From Yuukianura sp. NJ FZ-2021 (taxonomy: Eukaryota): a DNA stretch of 64,000 bases. The notes under the pieces are model-generated. The model was not told where the DNA came from. It searched no databases and was given only the letters and a program-made list of their open reading frames with translations. The stretch is taken from assembly GCA_046563655.1 (NCBI GenBank), contig CM102290.1, positions 620,001-684,000 on the forward strand, in the 5' to 3' direction. This document shows, one piece after another, positions 1 to 15,434 of the stretch (the first letter of the stretch is position 1; each line of letters begins with the position of its first letter). Made by a program: the position numbers and the translations under genes.

Positions 1-225
1 TATGACAAAATTTGAATCAAAAGACCTTGGAAATTATTTTTTATTGAAACGGAAAAACTTCAAGGTGAATGCTTTCCTTGACTGATTTTTCCATACTAAG
101 TAGTGTCGCATCATCAATCATCCAGGAAGAAAAGTACCGACGCGCCCACAAACCACAAAATGCGATAAAAACTTTGGTTTTTACTTTTTATAATCATGTT
201 TTTCAAATTTTGATTTTTTTCTTAG

Positions 226-3220
<2,995 letters not shown>

Positions 3221-3849
3221 AAAAAACACCAATTGGCACAATTGCAAATTGACACAATTACAAATCACCCTACTGCAAAAGTGGCTAAATTAACACAGCA
3301 TTAAGACAAAACTTCAACCAAAATGGAATCCACACAGCATCACTCATCACTCTAATCATTGTCTAAAAAATAAAATTGTTTGAAAATTGTTCAACATTCT
3401 TTTTTTCTTTTGATTTTGAAAAACCCTCTCCACATTTGGGCTTTTTTGAGAAACGTTTTCAACCTTTTGTTCTTTTTTGAAAATCGTTCTCAACATTTTG
3501 TTCTCTCTTGGTTGTTTTGAAGTTGGTGCTTTATTTATTCGAAAATTTTCCAGCTTTCTTTTTAAACCGATGTCATGCGCATATGCTGTTGTTGTTTGAA
3601 TTTCTTCGAATTTGGACTATACTTTATGATTAGGAAATTTTTTGTTAGTCTGAGACTATTCATTTAATTCATCCAAATTCAGAAGGTCAAAATGATAAAA
3701 GCAAAGATCAGAACCAACTTCTAGTAAAATCCACGCATTTAAGACTTAAAAGTCCAACTTGAAGTTGTGTAAGCAGTGGATCATGTAGAAATAGTTTAAA
3801 ATTTTGAACATAGCAGTAGTTGTAAACAGAATTTTGAAAGGTTTTAAAC

Positions 3850-6800
3850 ATGAAAAAAGTAGAAATTTTAGTAACTTTATTTGTTCTATTTCTGCGATTG
3901 AGACCCAGTGGAGGTCAACATTTGATTTGTGACAACCGAAATCCTGAAGGTCATGCAGGGGTCAAACAGCAAGGAGATGGAACTTTTCAAATTGAAGTTA
4001 CCGGGCGACATGCTGATGCTGGATTTTATGCACCCAACGAACCATATACTGGTAAGTTACAATTTTTTGGCGGGATTCGACACAAAACTTGAAATTTGGC
4101 GGGAATTTTTGTAAATTGCTAGGTCAATTACCTCATTTTTTTTTGCAGTGACTATCAGAGGACTTAACACACGCTACAGTGTGAAGCGATTTCTGGAATT
4201 TCTACTTGTGGTTGAAAGTGAGAAGCAAGTGATGATGGGCGAATCAGGTCTCGTCACTACTGGAATTTTCCATGTCGTGGACGAAAGTTTGGCAAGGTTC
4301 AGCGACTTCTGTCCCGACGGAGTTACGAATACGAATCATCGTCCAAAGACGGAAATTTCCGTCCTATGGACGGCTCCGTCCATCCTTGTTGCCAGTTGCA
4401 TCACGTTCAAGTAAGCAAAACCTGAAACATTAAACTTAAGCTACTTCCTTATAAACGTTTTTTGGACGATTTTTAAACGTTTTAAAAACGTTTTGAATTT
4501 TAGAGCCACGGTGGTTGAGCGTCCTCATGTTTGGTACATGGACGAAGGTGGGTTGACTAAAACTTTGTGTCCATTCGTCCCTGTCCCACCAAGCACCACG
4601 ACGGCCCCACCACCTCCAGCATTGGTGGAACACAATGTTGGAGCCACATCGCGCAGAACTCCAGTGCCCAAATGCTGTGCCTGCGACGAAGCAAAGTATG
4701 AAGTAAGTCAAACACGGCACAGATTGGTGGAACTCAAAATCTTGAGATTTGATTGGTCCTACCTCCATCTGACTGGATTTGATTAGTGGAACTCAGCATG
4801 GCAGGATTTGATTGGTCGAACTCATTGTCAGCATGGCTGGATTTACCAGAAATGGCGGGACTTTTTTTTTGTCATTTTTTAATTTTAAAAAAATTTCAAA
4901 ATTTTGAACTTAAGGTGGCCTTCCAAGGGCTCTGGTCGAAGGATACCCATCCGAAGGACTTTCCCGAAAACAAGTATCTGCTTCACTTCAGCGACATCAT
5001 TGGAGCCTCCCATGATTCTAAATTCTACTTCTGGGAAACTGGGCAACTAGCTTCCGACGGTGTGCGACGTGTTGCCGAATGGGGAGCCACCGACGTTCTA
5101 GCAAAAGAACTACAAGCAAAAGTACGGCAAAAAAAAATTTTTTTTTCAAAAATAGTTCTAAAATTTTAAAATTTCTACTTTTATGCCTTTCAGCACCGTC
5201 ATGTCAATACAATCATAAAAGCTCATGGTCTCTGGTACCCCAACGAACGCGGTCAAACTACAGCAGCGTTTCGAGTGGACAAAGAGCGACATTTGATGTC
5301 ACTTGTGACCATGATCGGGCCGTCTCCTGATTGGTTCGTTGGACTCTCCGGGTATAACCTATGCCTAACCAACTGTTCATGGTTGGACCAAGTATCTTTT
5401 GACCTGTACCCTTACGATGCTGGCAGTGACAGCGGAGTAACATACATGGTATGAACAGTTAGATTTTGAGGTCAAAGGTCAACGGGGTCAAAGGTCATTG
5501 ACCCCGTTCTTCTTTTTTTCAGTCTCCAAATGAGAGAACAGTTCCTGCGCAGGTCATCACAAGAATTACAGAGTCTAATGACAGTCGTTCTCCATTTTTC
5601 GACCCGAGTGGACACCCAATGAAATCTTTTGCCAAACTGCATCTGCGCAGACAACAAGTTTATCCAAAAAGTTGTGACAGTTCGTCACAAGATCCAGAAG
5701 AGAGTCACCAAATAACGATTTCAGAAAATTCAGAAGATGTTGGACGGCGTAAGACTTTAAACGCTTCAAAGAAAATAAAATTTTTTGTTATCTTGTCATG
5801 TAACTAATTTTTTTAAATTTTAAAGCCGAATGTGCCGTTACTGAATGGAGTCCGTGGAGCGATTGCTCAGGTAAACTCAAAACATTTAACTTTTCTTTTT
5901 TTTTTTTAAACAAAACTTTCAAAATTTTGAAAAAATTTTGTTAGTTACGTGTGACAAGGGACTGCGAATGAGGAAACGTTCTTATGTAATGCCACCAAAA
6001 GAAGGCGTGACATGTGACAGACAACTGGAAGAGAAGGAGATGTGCTTGGGCGTAGTTCCGACCTGTGATAATGACGAGTACGTAAGTTAATCAATTAATT
6101 AACTAACTTCAATTAATTAACTAACTTGAATCTACTAAACATTATTTTACTTACAAAACTTCTGCCTACTAGGCGTGATCTTGACTACGAAGAGCACGAA
6201 GGTGTCTGTGCCGTCACGAGGTAAATCCGGATTCAATTGATTTAAAATATTTCCAGTTTCAAAATTTTGTCGTTTTTTTAAATTCTAAACATAAAATTTG
6301 AAAGGTGGACACCATGGTCACCGTGTGACCGTTCTTGCGGTGAGGGTCGGCGGACAAGACATCGACGTTACAGAGATCACATGGGACGGAAGAAATGCAC
6401 CGTGGAATTGATACAGACAGAAGTGTGTATGGGACCTGCGCAGGACTGCGACGTAGAAAGAACTTCAGATGAATCTAACTTCATCGTATGTCAAGATTTC
6501 GTCTGATTCAAAAAACGGAAATTTTCTATAAGTTTATGTTCAAATACGGTGGTTATTTTTGGTTCCAGGATCCAGAATGTCCAGTGACTGGTTGGTCCGA
6601 GTACAGTCCGTGCAGTACGAGTTGTGGCCAAGGGTTTAGAGAACGTACGCGCTACTTTCTGATTTCTCCAAATTCAAATATTCCCGCCCAGTGTCTCAAG
6701 ATGGAGCTGTCTCAAAATGTTACATGTGAAGGAGAATATGGCTCTTGTGAACTGAGCATGGAAGAGGCCAAGGGAATCTGCATGTTGGAACCAGACGTTG

Positions 6801-7666
6801 GACCGTGTCGGTTCTGGAAAGATGAATTCTACTTTAGCATTGAAAAAGGTACATTTAATTGTAATAAATAAACTAATTAATTGTATTTAATTAAAACTTA
6901 TTACTTATCTAGGCATGTGTGTTCCGATTCGGTATGGAGGGTGCAAAGGCAACCGAAATCGTTTTGAAACTGAAACGGAGTGTCTCAAGGTCTGCGGATT
7001 TCTGAGTCGGCGTGACCTGGAATTAAACGAACAGGAATTGACGACTTCTGCGCCGTTGCCATTGTTGCCAACAACTCGTTCTACGCATGAGCCGGTAGCA
7101 GCAACATCTCCTACTCCCTTATCACTCACACGACCTACGTATGAGCCGTTAACACTCACACGTTCAACGTATACACCGTTATCTCTAATAACACGGCCTA
7201 CTTATGAGCCGTTATCGTTAGAACGAACTACGCATGAGCCGTTGTCGCTAATACGGCCTACGGTTAGGCCGATAGTGACAACAGCTGAGCCAACAACTCC
7301 AAGAAGTAGACCAACGTCCAGGATCCAACCAACTCCGCCAGAATTTCAACCCGCCATGTTGGAAATGTTAGTCTAACGTTTTCAAAACGTTTTTTTAATA
7401 CTTGCGGCTTAACTTGTTTGACTAACTTAACTTACCTTAGGCTTGACCAAGTTCCTGGAGTAATACTGAACGAAGAAGACGAGCCAGTGAACTGTGTCGT
7501 GTCCAAGTACTCTGAGTGGTCAATATGTCAAGGTGACTGTGGCGACATTGGATACACCACCAGGAGACGGGAGATTATCATTGAACCACGTGATGGAAAG
7601 TACAAACCGGCAGCTAAGTGTCCCAAACAGCTGACGAAACGGAGAGAATGTCGTGTCAAATGCTAA
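3850..7666 (+). CDS. SPON1: F-spondin/spondin-1-like secreted protein: signal peptide, reeler domain, Spondin_N domain, TSP1 repeats, Kunitz domain, Pro/Thr-rich stalk, terminal TSP1
   Basis: MKKVEILVTLFVLFL signal peptide; CCACDEAKYE, FQGLWSKDTHPKDFP, HFSDIIGASH, GPSPDWFVG, LYPYDAGSDSG; WSxWSxCS repeats; Kunitz GPCR...YGGCKGNRNRFETETEC. Confidence 0.93.
7075..7270 (+). repeat. Degenerate approx. 33-36-nt coding repeat (RPTYEPLSL-type) in the spondin Pro/Thr-rich region
   Basis: RSTHEPV, RPTYEPLTL, RSTYTPLSL, RPTYEPLSL and RTTHEPLSL occur in ORF 6915-7376. Confidence 0.8.
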
Positions 7667-8025
7667 CTCTTTGTCAATCTTCGTCTCGATTTGAGTTATT
7701 CGTGATTAGGATTACTAATTAAATGTCCAAACTTTTTATTAGGCAGAATATGGAAGTTTGTCATAAATATATGTGAAAAATATTAATAATATGATTGCAT
7801 ATGTACTAAAAATGAGTACCATTTGATTTTTGGTTTAGAGACATGACTTAGTCAGTGTAATTCACCTGTCTGTACATGACATTTGTCAATTAATTGACAA
7901 TAATACATTAACAAGAGGAACAATACACAAAAAGTAGGAGCAGACTTATTGGTTTGAGTGTCTTACCATTCTCAGATCGTCCACCACTCAAAGAACGACG
8001 TTTTAGTTTTAATGTTGTGTTGAGC

Positions 8026-10250
8026 TCAGTTGGCATCGTAGTTGGTGAGTGGAGTAATCACAATTTGGACATTGACCGCATCATGATTGTCTCCACAGAG
8101 AAACAGTTTCTCTTTGGCTGGTCCGTTTCCTTGTCCAGCAGGCCAAACCCATTCCTCATAAGGCAAAATGTTGTCAATGTTGACAAGAGTTTCAGACTGT
8201 GAAAAGCACACGCGGCGCTTGTGAATAAATCGAACGTGATCCACTCCGTTCTCCGTTGCGAAGACGAGAATGCTAACTTGAACACGAATGAGCTCAGGCT
8301 GATCATGTTTGCAACGGACGGCAAGTCGAACGGTGGGATTGACGTGGCCAGGACAAGGTTGGGTCTAAAACAGTTGAAGGTGAAGGTACAATCAGGTCCA
8401 TTAACTTTGAGAAACTTGTATTTACCTTATTTCACGGCGTATATCGCGCATTCGCGCACTGAAATATTCTTTGCAGCAAATAAATTGAAACGAAAATTAA
8501 CCTAAAGAAAACCGGAACCAATAAGAATTCTGACATAAATCGAGATAAGTTTTGATGAGATTTTTTAAAGGTTTGCTTTGCTTTGCCAAAACAACAGATA
8601 ACGCGCACGGTATACGCCGTGAAATAGGGTAATTTCAACTGTTCACTTAAAACTTCAACTTACTTCCCAGGCAATGAGTCCATACTCTCCAAATCTAACC
8701 CCCTTGGGGTAAAAGTCAGCAACCCATTCGATTTGATTGGTAGATTGATGATCAGCAAATGAAACGGGAGTGGAGAACACCGTGGTGGTAGACTGATAAA
8801 GCGGAAACTCTGCAAAGTTGTCAATCACAATCGGAATACTCCAGTGGTCAGCAATGTAAAGGCGAGGAGTGAACAGTTTTAGCTGGTTGGGATGAGATTC
8901 AATAGCATTGTTCAATTTGTCAAAAGCTCCTGCAAAAAAAAAGTTGCCTAAGATTATAATTATACAAATCAAATTGTCTCATTTTCGTTAAAACGTGACA
9001 TGATTTTTACCAGCATGAAACCACATACTAATTGCCATTTGATCCATCAGAAACTCTTTGTAATTCTGTGTCAACGGAATTAGCAACAGATCAGCCACTT
9101 GTCGTGGCGACATCATGGGATATCGAATGTAGGAAAGAACGTGTTGCATGAGAGCACGGTGTTCGTCTTCATCCATATCTTCAAATCTGATCTGCTGTCC
9201 ATTGATCCACTTGACCACGTAAGTGAAGAGAGTGAATTCGTTAGTTACCACAAGATCATCACTGCTCAAGATTGAGCAAATTTGCTCAGGCTCCAAGTGG
9301 ATGAAGTCATTAGCATGGTGGATACCACTTATGTTCCATTCGATAAGATTTTGGCACATCTGAGCAAGACCAATCAAAAATTTAGTAATTAACTTAAGCG
9401 ATATGCGTCGTTAGTATCACGATTAATTTTATGGTTATTCTCACTTTGGCCAGAGCGTCGTGACCATTGTGGAGTGCGGTATATTTGAACCAGACAATGA
9501 TCTGATGGCTTGTAGCTGCAAGAGGCATGTGTTTCTCCATGTACTGTATGCACAGGTGAGTCAAATCCTAAGGAATTGAGTAAATGAAGTGAGTAACTTG
9601 AGTGTATGAAGTTAATCAAATGCTGCTTCTTACCTTGATATCATATTTGTCGGCTAATTCCAACAGGTAGATCACATTATCGATCACGAAAGTAACTTCA
9701 CCAGTGTACAAATATTTCAAAAAGAGTCCGAAAACTTGTGCGCATGCTGGAGACTCGTGGAACACAATTTCCTGCAGTTTGGATTCACTCCAGCGATCGT
9801 TCAGTAGCATAGACTAAAACCACAAAACGTTTTTTTGTCTAAATTCAAATGTTAGATAAGTTTGTTACTTCAATTAGTAAATTCATACTGCGAAAACTTG
9901 CGATGATGTACAAAGAATAAGGCGATGGGCTGGAAACTCAATGCCATTCATCACTAAAACGACATCACACATCAATTTATCTCGGTAGAGTGTCGCCACT
10001 TTCTCAGCAATCACGGACGAATTTCGCATCTGCAAAGCATAATCATGCAAGAAATGATTTCTTAGAAATCATTGTTACCATCAAATTCAAGTAGATCATT
10101 AATTACATTTGCTTAGATTAATAATACGATTCAGTCAGAGCAATTGATAAGATTAGAGCAATACTCAAGCACTGGTTCACATTCACTTACGTCCACACAT
10201 CCTTCTTCCCTTTTGACTATCACGATGTTAGGGCCATTGTCAGTTTCCAT
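8026..10250 (-). CDS. BTBD17: BTB/POZ-BACK domain protein, BTBD17-like; multi-exon
   Basis: CDVVLVMNGIEFPAHRLILCTSSQVF, FLKYLYTG..LELADKY (BTB); ILSSDDLVVTNEFTLFTYVVKW, IRYPMMSP (BACK); C-terminal FTPRLY..WS and WVADFYPKG, ending VQIVITPLTNYDAN*. Confidence 0.85.
8425..8629. mobile_element. Tc1/mariner (pogo-like) MITE in the last intron of the BTB gene
   Basis: TIRs ccttatttcacggcgtata / tatacgccgtgaaataggg, each flanked by TA (8423-8424, 8630-8631). Confidence 0.8.
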
Positions 10251-10840
10251 CTTCGCTGTTGACGTAACGCCCACCAACAACTAATCAGCCGTTACTTAAC
10301 TTAACTAATTATTGAACAATTAATTACTTTCTATTTCACTTTTCGTTTTCACATCCAGCAGGATCAACAAACTTTAGAACAAACAGGCAAGGCAAGACGT
10401 AAGGCGAGAGGAGAGGACGAAAAACAGAAAAACAAAAAAAGGGGGGAAACTATTTTTCCGATTTGAATTTTTCGCTCTCGATTTCGTAAATCTCACTTCA
10501 CCCCAGACCGTCCCTGCCAAAAATCTAAATGTTTAGAACAATAACTAAATATGGGAGAGCTAAAACTTTAGTCAAGGACAATGGTTTTTTAAACCCGTCT
10601 TTAATTAATTAAACTAAATTTTTAACCGATCATTAAGCTCGGCCAATAATCCATTTAAAAATATACTGCATAAGCTATCTAACTGAGATCAAATCTAGTA
10701 ATTAAACACAAAAAACCGAGATAAAAAGATAAAACTTCTAATCCGGTGGGAATCAAACCGAGATTTTTTGCAAAGTTGATCTTCATACCACACGAGTTTC
10801 CGTTGGTCAAATTAGTTCATTAAATTAAAACTCCAACTAA

Positions 10841-12292
10841 TCATGCATCGTCCTCATCCTGAATCCATTGAATAAATCTTGCATTCAAATTATGATTCGA
10901 AGTGCGAATGAGATTAGAAAATATTCCATTGGGATGACGAACTAGGGAGGAATCCAAGCCTTTTGCAATACGCTCATCGTACAATCCGAACGGCTGATTT
11001 GCGACATCAATTTTTGTCGAGGTCATTTTCTTGCCCTCAATCAAGTCCAAGCTCACAGCCCATTTCCCGTTAAGGATCTAAACACACGTTGTAATTTGAT
11101 TAACCAAAGAAATCAAATTAATCGTTAATCGTTCAGTTTCACCTCTTCTACTCCTGGTACGCTCTCGACGTGCTTCATGTTGAAAAAAGTCACGCCCAGA
11201 ATTCTTCCCTCGCAGAGTCTGAACAGTGTTTCGGAAGCAATTGAGGGCCATTTATGACCTTGACGTTCCAGTCGGAGAGTAAGAGGTTGCGAGAAGAGCA
11301 ATTGGCACTGTACGGCTTGAATTGGAAACTCTAGAAGTTGCTTGGGCATGTACTTGATGCTGGACAGGACTGATTTATGGATTGTGCCAAAGTCAACCAG
11401 TCTCACCTGCCAAGATAAGCAAATCCAAATGTTAGGTGATGTTAAAGAAAAAAGTTAACAGACAAACTAACCGTGATTTGAGCAGTCTCCAATGCAGTTG
11501 GATCTACTTGTCCCATTGGAATAGACTTGCTAATTGGTCCTGGTGTATCTTCAAATGCAGGATTCTGCAAAACGATTGCTCGGTGCCACTCAGGCCGTTT
11601 GTCCTTTGGACCGAAATATTTACACAGAACAAAAAGTCCTGGAGCCAAAAGATCCAGTACTGGAGTGGCACTGTCATGCAGTTCATAGTCTATGTCCCAT
11701 TCGCCCACTGTGGCCCTAAAACACAAAAAGTATAAACGTATGGAATTCGACTCAGATTAATTAGTTAAAGTAATAGTGTACTAATTAGTTAAGCTTACTG
11801 AATCATGGCCATAAATGTTTCCAACTGAAACCAATTCTCACTTAGGTTGACGTAGAACTCGGAAGGTGAGAATATTTCTCCAGGGAAACACCGGAAGTAA
11901 CTTCCTTCTTGAATTTCTCTGTCGATGTACTCTGGACTTTGACCCCACTGCACAAACGTCTTGGGGATCCACTTCTTTCCAAATGGCACTTCCTCTTGCT
12001 TCAACTTCCACATCCTTTATAAAAGTGGATTTTTCTTCAAAATTTTGAAAATTTGAAATTTTGAACAAAAGATAAACTTCGTGTCTTCTTGAACTCTATG
12101 CGGCCAGTGTCGGATCGTGTCTGAGTGACAGAATTTTGCTTCTTCCAGACGTCTTATGTAGAATGACAGTGGATCATTAGAAGCTGAAAAGAAAAGAAAA
12201 GTTGTATAATGTTGCTCGCACAACTCCCAACTGAACAGTACATAAGAAATGTTAGTTGTAGAATGAGAACCAGGTTGAATGAACTCTAACAT
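10841..12292 (-). CDS. Extended Tudor (Tudor-SN fold) domain protein; start codon uncertain
   Basis: EIFSPSEFYVNL, GLFVLCKYFG...EWHRAIVL, VRLVDFGT...IKYMPKQLLEFPIQAVQCQL...W, VSLDL...IDVA; this is the canonical eTudor motif order across GT-AG exons. Confidence 0.8.
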
Positions 12293-12494
12293 GTGATGTA
12301 GAATTCACGTCAATTTGCATGAATCCAGCTTTACTGTTATCCATCCACAATTTCCATAAATGCACTCCATAAATAGTTGTGGGTTCCACAAGAGACAGCA
12401 AATAAAAAGATTAAAGTTAACCTTACAAAATACAAACTCGCAAACTTAATGAGTTACAAAAGAAATAAACTTTGAAATCGGCTAACCTAGTTTC

Positions 12495-13308
12495 TCAGGT
12501 CTTGAAGTTAACGAAGTTGACTCCCAGCTCAAATTCGAGAACTGTAGGACGATAGGCTCCTTCGACTTTCAATCGAGTGTGTATGTACTGAAGACCTTGG
12601 TACAGTCGTTTCATTGTCTCGTCTGAAGTTGTACTGATTCGTTCCTTGAGGGCATCCAAAAACTTGTCCAAGGCAGCAACGTCTCTGATCCCCATGTCAA
12701 TTTGAACGCGGTTGTCAGGAACCGCCGGTTGGTTGCCATAAAGAATGTGAATCAAAAATAGACCGCCAACTTGCCTCCAGAACTTGTCTTCGTTGTTTCC
12801 AGGATGAAACGTACAATTCTACAACAATTAAATTAAAATATTAATTAAATGAAGTAGTAAATCTAATCAAGTAAATGATTCCAAATCCAGTTAGCATAGC
12901 TTAATTGTTACCTCGTTGGTGGAGTGACACAACCAGAATCTCTTGGCAGTATTCAGAATCAAGTATATAACTTTATCGCTGTATTCTCGAGTATGACAGG
13001 ACTTCTTCGACGTACTTGGTGCACACCTATAAAGAATCGTTTAGCAAACATTTTAAAGCCGAACCAAACAGTATCTTAGAATCAGCGTAACTTTAATTGT
13101 GTACTTACCAATTAAACACTAAAGTAATTCCATACTCCTGAGCCAATTGACAGAAGTACTTGTAACTCTTATCTTGACCTTGAGCATAAAGTGTGACGAC
13201 CCGGTCAAAGTCCTTTGTCAAACAATGTTCCAGAGCCGCCTGCACCTTCAATGTATTTTTCCAAGGGGTTTTCGACGCACTGGAACTGTCAGCTGACTTC
13301 TCACCCAT
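12495..13308 (-). CDS. SNAPC1 (SNAP43)-like snRNA-activating complex subunit, approx. 212 aa; exons 13308-13109, 13026-12912, 12818-12495
   Basis: RQVGGLFLIHILYGNQP and LQYIHTRLKVEGAY resemble the SNAP43 N-terminal motifs RVGxLYLLYxLYxxQ and AYIFRKLxxxxAF. The three exons join in frame. Confidence 0.6.
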
Positions 13309-13579
13309 GGTTACGATCCTCTAATGAGTTAATTCATTAGCGTTAATCGACTTTAAGTTAGTCAATTAAAAGTTAATTGACGGCAAACTTTTAAAAAAAA
13401 ACGAAAAATTTGAAAGCGTGAAAACAAATTTTTGAATTTTTCCCGCCATTTCGGTTTATTATTGCACCAATTTTTTTTTTGTCTCAACTCTCTTCGCCCT
13501 CGCATTCACAGATGGGCAAATTTTAAGCGAATTTTAGTATTTTAACTTTTTACTTTAATACGTCGCTGAACTGTGCCGC

Positions 13580-13690
13580 AACTCATGTTGCCACTTGAGG
13601 TTATGATAAGGTAAAGTGGCTACTTACGTTGCCACTCAAGTGTAGCCACTAAAAATGACCGAGTGGCTACACTGTGAGACGAAAATGAGG
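13580..13690. mobile_element. Truncated copy of the MITE at 60841-61071
   Basis: aactcatgttgcca...aaagtggctact...agccactaaaaatg...cactgtg matches the right half of the 60.9-kb element. Confidence 0.65.
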
Positions 13691-14614
13691 GTCGTTAACC
13701 CTGATTTTCACCCAACTTTTACTTTCAACGTTTGATTTTATTTTTTTCCGGATACTTTTTGTTGAAAGCTTTTCACCAAATGTTAAAAATTAAAATGCAA
13801 TGCTTACAATTTTTTTGAAAAAAAAATAAAAAGTTTTTTGCTGTTTGAAATCTTCAATGTATGACTTTTCCCCAACAACTTTGTATTCCATTTCCATTTT
13901 CAATAAAAATGAAATTCTTTCAACATTTTTCGGTTCTATTTGCCAACTTTCTCTTACAAAGTGGCAAAAAATTCTTTTCCGAAAGAACGTGATTGACACT
14001 CTCAATAAATCTTTGAAAACTTTTTTTTTCCATTTGGGATTGGCACTCCATGAGAACCAAGAAGTTACAAATAGACTGTGTCAAGGCACAGGGGACCCTT
14101 AACAAATAACCTAGAAATCCCATTTCCCTCTTACTCTTATAGTCCAATGTCCAGCATTTCAGTTGGTGATCGCTTGATCGAGCAGCATCGTGGCCACCCA
14201 TCAGCGATCGGAGCGTCTGAACAGGCCCTTATGGAACAATTTCCAATTCCTCTCAAACAGTATCCATATAAAAAGACACTTGAAAGGCAGACAGAGTCCT
14301 TCAATTTCCACTAATCCTTAAGAAGCACATTTTAATTCTAGGCACGACTCCCGCCTTTCCTTCTCTGTTCACAGTCCAAAGTCATCTCACATTCCCCACA
14401 AACTCACAAAAACACAAAGGGAATTTTGTAACTTGTCCAATATTGTCAGTTGAAGGACAAGCCAAGTCCTTGGACTTCCACAAGTAACCCAATGCTAGGT
14501 CAATATCAACTTAATACACTTGATAGGTCTAAAGGCAAAGACTCAAAGTGGAGGTCAAAGGTCGATTGCAAAATTTCCTGCCAAAAGTTTCACAAACATT
14601 AGCCAAATTGGTCT

Positions 14615-14850
14615 CAAGGTTCCTTGACAGAGATAGTTAATTTCCTTTAACAGGTTGGGCAATCCCTCGCTTGTTGACAAGAAAACAAAAATCAAAAATT
14701 GGTGCCAATTCGTATGCAAAATTTAAAAAAATCGGCTGTATTGTTATGACTACGAAGCACTGAAATCGAACTACACTTTTTCTCATCAAATCAAAAAAGA
14801 TATTATGTATTACCCAACGTGTTAAAGAAAATCAAAGTCAACAAACCTTG
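14615..14850. mobile_element. CAAGG-family MITE
   Basis: caaggttccttgac...ttaacaggttgggcaat ... tattacccaacgtgttaaagaaaatcaaagtcaacaaaccttg; flanks attggtct/attgcttt. Confidence 0.85.
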
Positions 14851-15434
14851 ATTGCTTTCCAGATTCCACATTTTCTTTACTTTTAAAATTCTGCGTCACC
14901 TCTAGCTCTACTCCAACGGTTCTAAAACTTTCCCAATTTCTGGGGCTTTCCTAACCAAACCAGTGAAATTTCAATTAAAATTTTAGTTTTCAAAAAATTT
15001 TCAGGGGACTTTTTTTTGTCAAAAAGTGAAAGGTTTAGTGCGTAGTTGTGGTATGGAAACTTTTGGGTAGTGAAAGTAATTGTTCTGAGATGAGGACGGT
15101 TGCGGGAGGAGAAAAAAAAAGTTCTCCCACGCTTTTTCCACTTTCTCCTTCTCTTAAGTCCGTGCCGAAGCCTTGTTCGACCTCAGTTGAGGCCTCACTC
15201 TGAACCGTGCAGGGTCTAAAACATAGTCAGAATCTAAAGGAATCAATCTACTTAAACTTAAAAGGCTCCAAGTAGAGGTCAAAGGTCATACCCTAGCAGC
15301 CGAACTTCTTGAGTCACTTGGCCTAACTGCTTGAATTTGAGCGTGACCGAGCACAGTGGGTCTGATCGTGACCATCAGTCGTTGGAAACGTCTCGACTCC
15401 CATTGGATCCCGGAACACAAACTATCAACTAAGA

